Assembly (NCBI GenBank): GCA_035310785.1
Contig: DATGDQ010000287.1
Location: forward strand, 1 to 32,394
From: Gemmatimonadaceae bacterium
Lineage (GTDB): Bacteria; Gemmatimonadota; Gemmatimonadetes; Gemmatimonadales; Gemmatimonadaceae
DNA length: 32,394 bases
Reading direction: 5' to 3'
A program made the position numbers and the translations under genes. Below are positions 16,537 to 25,250 of this stretch, piece by piece; the first letter of the stretch is position 1; each line of letters begins with the position of its first letter. The notes beneath the pieces are model-generated. The model was not told where the DNA came from. It saw only the letters and a program-made list of their open reading frames with translations, and made no database searches.

Positions 16537-19500
16537 GACAGCTCCGGTGCACGCGTGCCCGACGGAGCGTGCTTGCGCCCGCGGAATCGCTCGCCGAGAC
16601 GCTCCTTCCACTCGTCGAGAATTTCGTAGATCGTCGGGATGACGATCAGCGTGAGCAGCGTGGACGTGATCACGCCGCCGATGACCGCGCGCCCCAGCGG
16701 CGCGCGGAAATCGCCTCCCTCGCCGTGACCGATCGCGACCGGAAGCATTCCTGCGATCAGCGCGAGCGTGGTCATGATGATCGGGCGCAGACGGATGCGC
16801 CCCGCCTCGATCAATGCATCGCGACGCGACATGCCCCGCTCGCGCGCCCATTTCGCGAAGTCGATGAGCAGGATCGCGTTCTTGGCCACGATTCCCATCA
16901 GCAGCATCACGCCGATCAGGCTCATGATGTTGAGCGTGTCGCCGGTCATGAGCAACGCGAGCACGACGCCGATCAGCGACAGTGGGAGCGAGATCAGAAT
17001 CGCGAGCGGATCGAGGAAGGATCCGAACTGCATGACCAGAATCAGATACATCAGGAGGATCGCGATCCCGAGCGCCGTGAAGATGCGCGTGAAGATCTCG
17101 CTCTGGTCGCGCGACGAGCCGCCCTGCGTGATGTGATAGCCCGGAGGCAGCTTGAGCGACTTGAGCTGCTTCTGGATCGCGGTGGTCACCTCGTTCAGCG
17201 AGCGTCCCTGCGTGTTGGCCTCGACGGCCACCACGGGCTCGCGATCGAGGTGGTTGATCTGCGCGGGGCCGACGGTTTGACGGATGGTGGCGATCTGGCC
17301 CAGCGGCACCGTCGTCGGGCGCCCCTGGGCATCGGTGACGACGAGCGGCAGCGTCTGCAGGTCCGCGAGGTTCTCACGCGCCTCCTTCGTGAGGCGCACG
17401 GTGACATCGCGCGTTTCGCCACTCGGATCCGTCCAGTCGCCCGCCTTGAGCCCTGCGAACGCGGGGCGCAGCGACTGCGCGACTGCGCCGACGGTGATCC
17501 CGAGGGCGCCGGCGAGCGGGCGGTTCAGCTGCACGTCGAGCTCCGGCTTCTCCCCTCGAGTGGAGAGTCCGACATCCACGGCGCCCGGCACCTTCGCGAC
17601 GGTCGCCACCGCCTGCTCGGCGAGTCTCGTGAGCACCACCGGATCGGGGCCGCGCATCTCGACCTGCACTTCCTTCAGAGCGCCGCCGAATCCGCTCGTG
17701 AACACGGATACGGTCGCGCCGGAGACGTGCGCGAACTCGCGCCTGAACTCCGCACCCAGCTCGTCCTGGCTCTTGCTCCGCTTCGCCTTCGGCACGAGGC
17801 GCACGTAGACGAGCGCCTGGTCGACGCCGGGCGCGCGGAACGGAATTGCGCCACCGATCGATGTGTACGTGTACGCGACTTCGGGATGCCTGCGCGCGAG
17901 CTCTGCCACGGCCTCGGTACGCAGCCGCGTGTACTCGAGATTGCTGCCGCCCGGCGCCTCGATGATGAGATTGATCTCGCTGCGATCGCTCACGGGCACG
18001 AAGCCGACGCCGCCGATCGCGCCCTGCAGCACGAGCGCGAGCACGAACGAGCCGCCCGCGAGCGCCGTGATCGCAAGCCGGTGATCGAGTGCCCAGGCGA
18101 TCACGTTCTTGTAGTTGTCCGCCTGGCGGTCGAACCACTTGTTGAAGCGCGCGAGCGCCCGGCTGATCGGTCCGCGTCGCCCGTGCTCGTGATCCTCGAC
18201 TTGGGGATCCGGCCAGTACGCGGAGAGCATCGGGTCGAGCGAGAACGACACGAACAGCGACACGAGCACCGAACAGGCGATGGTGAGCGCAAAGGGCTTG
18301 AACCACTGGCCTGCCTCGCCGTACATGAAGGCGACGGGCACGAACACGGCGACGATCGAGAACGTCGTCGCGGTGACCGCGAGCCCGATCTCATCGGTGC
18401 CCGTGTGCGACGCGACGACGTGGTCTTCGCCCATTTCGATGTGGCGCACGATGTTCTCTCGCACGACGATCGCATCGTCGATCAGAATGCCGATCGCGAG
18501 CGAGAGGCCGAGGAGCGACATCGTGTTCAGGGTGAAGCCGAACGCCCACACCGCGACGAACGACGCGATCACCGATACGGGAAGCGCGAGCCCGGTGATC
18601 ACAGTGGAGCGCCACGAATTCAGAAAGAGAAACACGACGAGCACGGTGAGAAGCGCACCCTCGATGAGCGCCTCCTCGACGTTACGCACCGCGTGGCTCA
18701 CCCGCTCGCCCGCATTCTGCACCTCGGCGAACTTCACATCGGGCGGGAGGGTCTTCTGCAGCTCGCGCACCTTCGCCTGGATCGCGGATGCGACCTGCGT
18801 CGTGCTGTAGCCCTTCGACTTGAGGATCTCGATGCCCACCGCCTGCTTGCCGTCGAAGAGCGCCATCGACCGCGGCTCTTCGGTGCCATCGTAGACGTTG
18901 GCGATCTGGTTGAGGCGAATGAGCTGCCCTCCGCGATCGGCCACGACGAGGTTTCCAAAGTCGGTGGCGTTCCGGAGCCGGCCGCTCAGCCGAATCAGCT
19001 TCTCCTGCAGATTGCCGTTCAGCCATCCCACCGGTGACGCGAGGTTCTGCTGCCCGAGCGCGGCAACGACCTGGGCCACGCTCACACCTGCCGACTGCAG
19101 GTCCGCCGGCCGCAGCTCCACCACCATGTTGCGCTTCACCTCGCCCACGACGTTCACCTGCGCGACGCCGGCGATCGAGCGCAGATCGCTGGCGAGCCCG
19201 GGATCCGCAATGCGCGTGAGTACCGGAGCGGGCGTGGTCGGCGACGTGAGCACGAGCGTGAACACCGGCGCCTCCGACGGATCGAAGCGCGTGAGGATCG
19301 GCTCCTTCATCTCCGGCGGCAGATCTTCGCGCTTCGTCGAGATCGCGTCGCGAACATCCTGCGAGGCCTGCTGGATCGGCTTCTCGAAGTCGAAGAAGAG
19401 CGTGCACTGCGCGAGCCCATCGATCGAAAAGCACGTCGACTTGTCGCCATCGAGGCCGCTGATGCCCCACACGGCATCCTCGACCGGCTTCACGATCTCT

Positions 19501-19682
19501 CGCTCGACCTCCGCCGGAGATGCGCCCGGATACGCGATCGTCAAGCCGACAACGGGAGCCTGAATATCCGGGAACTCATCGGTGTGGAGATTGATCAGAG
19601 CCGCGCCGCCGAACGCGACGAGCGCCACCATCGCTGTGACGGTGATGATCGGCCGCTTGATTGCAAAATCGGAGATGAACAT
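16524..19682 (-). CDS. RND efflux transporter, inner-membrane permease (AcrB/HAE1-like)
   Basis: The real start is the ATG at 19682 (MFISDFAIKRPIITVTAMVALV...), the canonical AcrB N-terminus. It is 1052 aa with 12 TM and two large periplasmic loops, and carries motifs GLAVTATTFSIVAVFVP and LLMGIVAKNAILLIDF. The tracked ORF adds 41 Arg/Pro-rich residues. Confidence 0.92.
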   Translation of the reverse strand: MFISDFAIKRPIITVTAMVALVAFGGAALINLHTDEFPDIQAPVVGLTIAYPGASPAEVEREIVKPVEDAVWGISGLDGDKSTCFSIDGLAQCTLFFDFEKPIQQASQDVRDAISTKREDLPPEMKEPILTRFDPSEAPVFTLVLTSPTTPAPVLTRIADPGLASDLRSIAGVAQVNVVGEVKRNMVVELRPADLQSAGVSVAQVVAALGQQNLASPVGWLNGNLQEKLIRLSGRLRNATDFGNLVVADRGGQLIRLNQIANVYDGTEEPRSMALFDGKQAVGIEILKSKGYSTTQVASAIQAKVRELQKTLPPDVKFAEVQNAGERVSHAVRNVEEALIEGALLTVLVVFLFLNSWRSTVITGLALPVSVIASFVAVWAFGFTLNTMSLLGLSLAIGILIDDAIVVRENIVRHIEMGEDHVVASHTGTDEIGLAVTATTFSIVAVFVPVAFMYGEAGQWFKPFALTIACSVLVSLFVSFSLDPMLSAYWPDPQVEDHEHGRRGPISRALARFNKWFDRQADNYKNVIAWALDHRLAITALAGGSFVLALVLQGAIGGVGFVPVSDRSEINLIIEAPGGSNLEYTRLRTEAVAELARRHPEVAYTYTSIGGAIPFRAPGVDQALVYVRLVPKAKRSKSQDELGAEFRREFAHVSGATVSVFTSGFGGALKEVQVEMRGPDPVVLTRLAEQAVATVAKVPGAVDVGLSTRGEKPELDVQLNRPLAGALGITVGAVAQSLRPAFAGLKAGDWTDPSGETRDVTVRLTKEARENLADLQTLPLVVTDAQGRPTTVPLGQIATIRQTVGPAQINHLDREPVVAVEANTQGRSLNEVTTAIQKQLKSLKLPPGYHITQGGSSRDQSEIFTRIFTALGIAILLMYLILVMQFGSFLDPLAILISLPLSLIGVVLALLMTGDTLNIMSLIGVMLLMGIVAKNAILLIDFAKWARERGMSRRDALIEAGRIRLRPIIMTTLALIAGMLPVAIGHGEGGDFRAPLGRAVIGGVITSTLLTLIVIPTIYEILDEWKERLGERFRGRKHAPSGTRAPELSAGD

Positions 19683-19710
19683 GCCTTGCTCCTGCTCGCC
19701 TGCTCGGCGA

Positions 19711-20871
19711 TTAGCGAGTGCCCGCCGGTCGATCACCGGCGGCGGTGATGCGGACTCTGGTACCCGGCGCGAGCCCCTGGGCCGCGTTCGCGAGCAGCGT
19801 GTCACCCACGCTCACGCCGGAGCGGATCTCCACCCGATCGGATGCGTTGTCGCGTATGCCGAGCTGCACGGGCACGCTCTCGACCGTATCGCTCCGGATG
19901 CGCAGCGCGAGAGGCGAGATCCCGCGTTCGTCCACTGCCGTCGTCGGCACCATGATCCCCTGCCGGCTCTCCGTGGCGACACGGCCATCGGCGAAAAGGC
20001 CGCCAACGAGCGTGCTCTTCTCGTTCGGGATCGTCACGTACACGCGTACCTGTCGCGTCGTTGGATCGGCAGTCGGATTGATGCGATCGATGCGCCCCGT
20101 GAACGTCTGCGTCCCATAGCCGTTCACGGTGAAAATTACGGGCGTTCCGATCTTGAGCGAAGACAGTTGCTCGGCCGGCACCGATCCTTCGAGACGCATG
20201 CTCGCGGGGTTGACCACGGTGGCGATCGCCGTGCCGGGCTGCACGACGTCACCCGCGTTCACCGGCCGCTCGCTCACGAGACCATCGAATGGCGCACGGA
20301 AGGTCGTCTTGGTGAGCTGCTGCTGCGCCGCCGTGAGGCGCGACTGCGCATCCGCCATCGCAGCCTGCGCGGACGCAAGCGTGCGCTGCGCGGCCTCGAC
20401 ATCGCGCGGCGCCACCGCGCCCGCGGTCTCGAGACGCTGCTGGCGCTCGGCATCGCGTTTCGCGTTGTCCAGCGACAGCTGCGCAGAGCGCGCTGCGGAC
20501 TGCGCCGAGAGCATGGCTTCGCGAATGGACGTGTCATCGATGCGCGCGAGCGGCTGGCCGCGTTTCACGGGCTGGCCCTGCTCCACGTACGTCTGCACGA
20601 CCGGTCCGGACATCTCGGAGCGCAGCGTCGCCTCCTCCTGCGGCGTCATCGTTCCCGAGATCGAAGGACCGATACGAATCTCGGCCGACTTGACTACGAG
20701 AATCCCTTCCTGTCCTACGTTGACGACATCACTCGTCCCCCCGACGACCTTCGGATGTCTCTTCACGTACTGCTGGTAGCTCACGACCGCGACGATCACG
20801 AGCACGATCGCCAGCAGCCACAGGCGTCCTCGCGAAGTTGGCCGGCGATCGGTGTCGAACGTGGTCGTCAT
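19711..20871 (-). CDS. RND efflux periplasmic adaptor (membrane fusion protein, HlyD/AcrA family)
   Basis: It has an N-terminal TM anchor (LWLLAIVLVIVAVVSY), a lipoyl/coiled-coil hairpin (AQLSLDNAKRDAERQQRL...AQSRLTAAQQQL) and the motif FRAPFDGLVSERPVNAGDVV. Its ATG (20871-20869) overlaps the tolC TGA (20870-20868) as ATGA. Confidence 0.88.
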   Translation of the reverse strand: MTTTFDTDRRPTSRGRLWLLAIVLVIVAVVSYQQYVKRHPKVVGGTSDVVNVGQEGILVVKSAEIRIGPSISGTMTPQEEATLRSEMSGPVVQTYVEQGQPVKRGQPLARIDDTSIREAMLSAQSAARSAQLSLDNAKRDAERQQRLETAGAVAPRDVEAAQRTLASAQAAMADAQSRLTAAQQQLTKTTFRAPFDGLVSERPVNAGDVVQPGTAIATVVNPASMRLEGSVPAEQLSSLKIGTPVIFTVNGYGTQTFTGRIDRINPTADPTTRQVRVYVTIPNEKSTLVGGLFADGRVATESRQGIMVPTTAVDERGISPLALRIRSDTVESVPVQLGIRDNASDRVEIRSGVSVGDTLLANAAQGLAPGTRVRITAAGDRPAGTR

Positions 20872-22529
20872 GGCGTTCCCGGTTGTTGGCTCGGCACACC
20901 GGGAGGGAGGCTGGCTGCGCTTCCCGTTCGTCCGGTCGAAGTGCTCGTGGATTGAGTGCCCAGCGGCACCGCGAGCGTAGCGGCCTGCGTGGTCACCTGT
21001 GTTTGCGCCTGCGCGGCCTGTGCGGCGCTCCCGCTGAGCGGGAGATCGCGCAGCAGCGCCAGCCGCATGCGCGCGACCTGCAGATCGCGCGCGGCCGTCG
21101 CGCGATTCGCCTCTGCCTGCTGCAGCTGGATCTGCGCGTCGTTGAGCTCCGTTTGCGTCGAAATCCCTTCCTTGTAACGCACCGTCGCGATCTGATACGC
21201 GCGCGCGGCCTGCTGCGCGGTGCCGCGACTCGCGTTCATCTGCGACTCCGCCGCACGCAGCCGATTGAGCGCGTTCAGCGCATCGAGCTCGGCCAGCTCG
21301 CGCGTTTGTTGGAGCTGCGCGCGCGCCTGCTGCAGCCCTGCGGTCGCGATCTGCTCATCGCCGCGGATGTTGCCGCCCGTGAAGATCGGAAGCGTGAGCG
21401 AGCCGCCCACGGTCCAGTTCGAGCGAAAATCCGACCACGCGGGAAAGATTCCCGATGGATACGCGACGCGACCAAAGGCAGATGACAGCGACAACGAGGG
21501 AATTCGCTCCGCGTGCGCGACGGTCACGGCGCTCTTCTGAGCGGTGACGTTCTCGGCGGCCTGGCGGACGGGCGCACGGCTCTCGGTCGCGGTGTCGGGT
21601 GCATTCGCGAGGAGCGTCGAGACCGCTCCCGGCTGCGCGGCCGTCGAGTCGTCGAGCGATGTCGTGAGCGCGAGCGAGTCGGTGAGAGGCAGATGGAGCA
21701 ACTGTTTGAGACGCACGTACGCGATGTCCCGATCCGAGCGCCGCTGAATGAGCACCGGCAGCTGATTGTCGCGCGTCACCTGCGCGCGCAGCAGATCGAA
21801 CTCCGCGGCGTTGCCGACCTGCCGGCCGAGCTTCGTCTGCACGAGCGTGGTGTCGGCCTGCGACAGCGTCGCTGCGGCAATCGCCACCAACCGGTCTGCG
21901 AGCTGCGCATCGTAGTACGCCTGCGTCACGTCGAGCGTGAGCTGCGCCTTCGCCGCCGTCAATCCGATCGTCGCGCTGCGCTTCCCCGCGTTCGCCGCTC
22001 GATACTGCGCCGTGACTCTGCCACCGGTGAACACGTTCTGCTGCAGCGACAAACCGAGGTTCCACTGGTTCGCGGCGCCGAAACCGAGATTCTCAAGCGA
22101 CCCCAGGGAATTGCTCCCTGGGCCGCAGCCGAGTGCGGACTCGAGCAGGGTGAGTCGCTGATTCACCGTCGCGTTGGGATCGACGATGAACGAGCTGCAC
22201 GCTGGCGGACCGCCGCTGTCGCTGCCGAACGAAAGGCCCTGGAACTGCGACTTGAGCGTGCGCGTGTACCCTGCACTCCCGAAGATCTGGGGCAGAAACT
22301 GGCTGCGGGCCTTGTCGCGCTGGCCCTCGGCGCGTGTCACTCCCGCGCGCGCAATCGCGAGGTCCGGACTCTTCGCCTCCGCGCTCTGAAGCGCCTCGTC
22401 GAGGGAAAGCTGGCGCACCTGCGGTCGCGCGGATGAATCGCTCCCCTGCGCCCGTGCCTGGGGCGCAGAGACTGAAGAAGCGATGACGAGGAACGCCACC
22501 GCCACATGGGAACACCAGGTCACTTTCAC
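20868..22529 (-). CDS. TolC-family outer-membrane efflux protein with low-complexity C-terminal tail
   Basis: GTG start at 22529 and signal peptide ...VAFLVIASSVSAPQARAQ. Two TolC repeat halves are present (LSLDEALQSAEAKSPDLAIARAGV..., ...AQLQQTRELAELDALNALNRL..., ...YKEGISTQTELNDAQIQLQQAE). The last ~58 aa are Q/A/T/S/P-rich. Confidence 0.85.
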   Translation of the reverse strand: MKVTWCSHVAVAFLVIASSVSAPQARAQGSDSSARPQVRQLSLDEALQSAEAKSPDLAIARAGVTRAEGQRDKARSQFLPQIFGSAGYTRTLKSQFQGLSFGSDSGGPPACSSFIVDPNATVNQRLTLLESALGCGPGSNSLGSLENLGFGAANQWNLGLSLQQNVFTGGRVTAQYRAANAGKRSATIGLTAAKAQLTLDVTQAYYDAQLADRLVAIAAATLSQADTTLVQTKLGRQVGNAAEFDLLRAQVTRDNQLPVLIQRRSDRDIAYVRLKQLLHLPLTDSLALTTSLDDSTAAQPGAVSTLLANAPDTATESRAPVRQAAENVTAQKSAVTVAHAERIPSLSLSSAFGRVAYPSGIFPAWSDFRSNWTVGGSLTLPIFTGGNIRGDEQIATAGLQQARAQLQQTRELAELDALNALNRLRAAESQMNASRGTAQQAARAYQIATVRYKEGISTQTELNDAQIQLQQAEANRATAARDLQVARMRLALLRDLPLSGSAAQAAQAQTQVTTQAATLAVPLGTQSTSTSTGRTGSAASLPPGVPSQQPGTP

Positions 22530-22569
22530 GTCGGAAAACTAACGATTCGATGTTCCAGGGGCGATGCAA

Positions 22570-22604
22570 ATGATCCGCGGCGCCGATCGGGCACCGCGGA
22601 TCAT
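22570..22604. promoter_or_regulatory. 35-bp nested inverted repeat ATGATCCGCGG-N13-CCGCGGATCAT upstream of the efflux operon
   Basis: The 11-bp perfect arms lie at 22570-22580 and 22594-22604. The spacer cgCCGATCGGgca contains its own 8-bp palindrome. It is 41-75 bp upstream of the tolC start and 37 bp downstream of the DUF892 gene stop (22641). There is no convincing U-tract on either strand. Confidence 0.35.
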
Positions 22605-22640
22605 GAGGCAATGCGAGCAAGCTGTTACGTCGGCGGGGCC

Positions 22641-23294
22641 CTACATCATCCCGGCGCGACCGCCATTCATTCCAACGGTTTCCCCCTCTTCTTCGGTCTG
22701 GCCGTTGCCCGCGAACCCGTTGGACGTCGCGCCATTCCTCGCACCGGACCGCCGGCTGCCCTGCTTCGCACGCGTCCGCATCGAGCGCTGTCCCTCCTCG
22801 TCACCCTCCTCCGCCTCGATGTTGATCTCGCTCTCGGCAAGATCGGTCAGCAGTCTGTCCGTCTGCTCTTCCTCATCGAGCGTTTCCTGCAGCAGCTCCG
22901 CCTGACGGTCTTCACCCAGCTGGCGCGCCCACGTGCGCACGCATCCATAGCCGGCTATCTCGTAGTGCTCGACGTGCTGGGCGGCCGCAATGAGTCCCGC
23001 ATCGAGCACTTCTGCCTCCGGCTTCTCCTTGATGAGCTCCTGCCCCTCCTTGATGAGCCCCTCCATGCCTACGCACTTCTTGCCGCGCGGGCTTTCGTCG
23101 AGCTCCTTGAAGATGCGCTCGAGCCGCTTGATCTGCCGCTCGGTTTGCTTGAGGTGCGTATTGAACGCTTTCTTGAGCTTCGGATTCGTGGCCGCCTTCA
23201 TCATCTTCGGCAGCGCCTTCGTGATCTGCGTCTCCGCGCTCCAGAGATCCTTGAGCTCATCGACGTAGAGCTCCTTCAGTGAGTCCATTTCCAT
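22641..23294 (-). CDS. DUF892 (YciE/YciF-like) ferritin-like stress protein with disordered C-terminal tail
   Basis: The sequence MEMDSLKELYVDELKDLWSAETQITKALPKMMKAATNPKLKKAFNTHLKQTERQIKRLERIF...LIAAAQHVEHYEIAGYG...LLQETLDEEEQTDRLLT is the typical DUF892 four-helix pattern. The SD GAGGAG lies about 9 nt upstream of the ATG at 23294. The last ~60 aa are Gly/Glu/Arg/Asn-rich. Confidence 0.8.
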   Translation of the reverse strand: MEMDSLKELYVDELKDLWSAETQITKALPKMMKAATNPKLKKAFNTHLKQTERQIKRLERIFKELDESPRGKKCVGMEGLIKEGQELIKEKPEAEVLDAGLIAAAQHVEHYEIAGYGCVRTWARQLGEDRQAELLQETLDEEEQTDRLLTDLAESEINIEAEEGDEEGQRSMRTRAKQGSRRSGARNGATSNGFAGNGQTEEEGETVGMNGGRAGMM

Positions 23295-23511
23295 GCGTCC
23301 ATCTCCTCGGCGGGCCAGTAACGGCCGGTATCATAGCGGCATACCGCGCGAGTTGGGGGCGCGGTAGTGAGCTTTCGCCGGGGTGAATTGCAAAGCACGT
23401 ACCCGGTACAGAACAAATGAGCAATTCATACGCGTCCGGTCGCGCTGTGAGATGTGACAATGGCGCGAAACCCTCTCGCGCCATTCAGCACACCCCGGAC
23501 ATGCGGATCCG

Positions 23512-23733
23512 TCAACCGCGATTCTTGAGATCGTTGAAGTATCCCCACGTGAAGCCGATGACCGGAATCGTGAAGAAGAACCACCACGTCATGGCGCCGT
23601 AGAGCGGCATCCCAGGGAATTTCTGGGAATAGGACAATTTCGTGCCGTTGTACGTGACGTACATGAACACGAACAGCGCGATCGAAAAAATCCAGCCACC
23701 CACGAGCACTACGCTCTGCGTTCGCCTCGACAT
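23512..23733 (-). CDS. small (73-aa) two-TM membrane protein, hypothetical
   Basis: The ATG at 23733 gives MSRRTQSVVLVGGWIFSIALFVFMYVTYNGTKLSYSQKFPGMPLYGAMTWWFFFTIPVIGFTWGYFNDLKNRG. It has two clear hydrophobic helices and is aromatic-rich. The DNA is visibly less GC-rich than its neighbours. The tracked ORF (to 23886) adds a non-membrane Arg-rich leader. Confidence 0.5.
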   Translation of the reverse strand: MSRRTQSVVLVGGWIFSIALFVFMYVTYNGTKLSYSQKFPGMPLYGAMTWWFFFTIPVIGFTWGYFNDLKNRG

Positions 23734-23868
23734 CACGTTCCTCGCGTTCGGCCCTCTGGAGCGGCGACCGATCTCCTCGGGCGCCCTCGCGGCGCCCAGT
23801 TTCCGCACACAAGATAGCTTTCTCGGCATCCAGCCCGCAACGAACGCCCGATTCACCACCATTCGCGC

Positions 23869-25245
23869 GTGAGCATAGCCGACCAATCACCGTCTCCCCG
23901 CGAAGGTCGCCGCGCGCCAGGCCCGCGCGGCCGTTTCCCTGGCGAGCTCGTCCTGCGCCTGAACACCGACCGGCTCGGCTTCATGCGCCAGGTGGCGCGC
24001 GAGTACGGCGACCTCGCGCGGATCGACGTCGTGCGAACATCGCTCTTCCTGGCCACGCACCCCGATCTGGTGAAGGACGTGCTGGTGACGAACAATCGCC
24101 TGTTCGGCCGCGGTCGCGGACATCTGCGCATGAAGCTCCTCCTCGGCGATGGGCTTCTCACCACGGATGGCGATGTGCACAGGCGCCAGCGCCGGCTCGT
24201 GCAGCCTGCGTTTCATCGCCAGCGCGTGGAGAGCTATGCCGACACGATGGCGCTGCGGGCCGAGCAGCTCGCGGCTCGCTGGCGCGATGGAAGCACCGTG
24301 GACGTGCTCGATGAAATGATGGGACTCACGCTCGTCATCGTCGCCAATACGCTCTTCGGCGCGACCGTCGATGACGAGGTCCAGGAGATCGGCTCGGCGC
24401 TCACCGACGTATTCGAGATGTTCGGGTTCGCGCTCATGCCGTTCTCGGAGCTCTTCGATCGCGTCCCGATCCCCACCACGATTCGCCTGCGACGCGCGCG
24501 CGCGCGACTCGACGCCACGATCTACAGGATCATCGCGGACCGGCGCCGCAGCGGCCGCGATCACGGAGATCTCCTCTCGATGCTGCTGCTCGCGCAGGAT
24601 ACCGGCGAGGAGGGTGATGGCGGTTCGATGACGGACGTGCAGCTCCGCGATGAGGCGACCACGCTCTTCGTTGCCGGACACGAGACGACGTCGAACGCGC
24701 TGACGTGGACCTGGTACGCGCTCTCGAATCATCCGGAGGCAGAAGCGACCATGCACGCGGAGCTCGACAGCGTGCTCGCCGGGCGGCGGCCGAGCGCCGC
24801 CGATCTTCCGCGGCTCCCATACACTCGCGCAGTGCTCGCCGAATCGATGCGCCTCTATCCACCAGTCTGGGGAATGGGACGGCGGGCGCTCACCGCGCAG
24901 ACGCTGGGCGGATATGACATTCCGCGGGGCTCGCTCGTCATCGTGAGTCCGTTCATCACCCAGAGAGATGCACGCTTCTTCCCCGAACCGGAGCTGTTTC
25001 GGCCGCAGCGCTGGCTCGACCAGAGCGCGCACGAGCGGCCACGCTTCTCGTACTTCCCGTTCGGCGGCGGCGCGCGGCAGTGCATCGGCGAGCAGTTCGC
25101 CTGGATGGAAGGCGTGCTGCTGCTCGCGACGCTCGGCCAGCGGTGGCGTCTCCGGCTCGTGCCCGGACACAAGGTCGAATTCAATCCACTCGTCACCCTG
25201 CGCCCCAAGCACGGAATGCGAATGACGGTGCACTCCCGGCCCTGA
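23869..25245 (+). CDS. cytochrome P450
   Basis: GTG start at 23869. Seen in order are the N-terminal PGPRG motif, I-helix FVAGHETTSNAL, K-helix ESMRLYPP (ExxR), PERW-like FRPQRW and the heme-Cys loop FPFGGGARQCIGEQFA. Confidence 0.9.
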   Translation: MSIADQSPSPREGRRAPGPRGRFPGELVLRLNTDRLGFMRQVAREYGDLARIDVVRTSLFLATHPDLVKDVLVTNNRLFGRGRGHLRMKLLLGDGLLTTDGDVHRRQRRLVQPAFHRQRVESYADTMALRAEQLAARWRDGSTVDVLDEMMGLTLVIVANTLFGATVDDEVQEIGSALTDVFEMFGFALMPFSELFDRVPIPTTIRLRRARARLDATIYRIIADRRRSGRDHGDLLSMLLLAQDTGEEGDGGSMTDVQLRDEATTLFVAGHETTSNALTWTWYALSNHPEAEATMHAELDSVLAGRRPSAADLPRLPYTRAVLAESMRLYPPVWGMGRRALTAQTLGGYDIPRGSLVIVSPFITQRDARFFPEPELFRPQRWLDQSAHERPRFSYFPFGGGARQCIGEQFAWMEGVLLLATLGQRWRLRLVPGHKVEFNPLVTLRPKHGMRMTVHSRP

Positions 25246-25250
25246 TCGAG

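Noticed and set aside
15570-19037. 1155-aa ORF on the plus strand
   Set aside because: It is antisense to the RND permease and overlaps the EamA gene in another frame. The composition is extremely Arg/Asp/His/Glu-rich with no domain signature, so it is a high-GC artefact.
23779-23797. Hairpin GGGCGCC-ctcgc-GGCGCCC in the P450 / small-protein divergent region
   Set aside because: It has a 7-bp GC stem with no clear U-tract and no conserved riboswitch-like architecture that I can recognise, so the evidence is insufficient to call it a regulatory RNA.
23887-25233. 448-aa minus-strand ORF
   Set aside because: It is antisense to the cytochrome P450, which has unambiguous heme-loop, ExxR and I-helix motifs.
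25080-25250. N-terminal 57 aa of the tracked 1074-aa ORF (and similar 5' extensions of ORFs at 13849-15813, 16524-19805, 8737-9255, 9165-10664, 13366-13815, 28343-29035, 29091-29981, 29923-30555)
   Set aside because: The extensions are Arg/Pro/Ala-rich and overlap upstream genes or intergenic DNA. In each case an internal ATG or GTG gives a canonical N-terminus (signal peptide, lipobox or a conserved family start), often with a visible SD.
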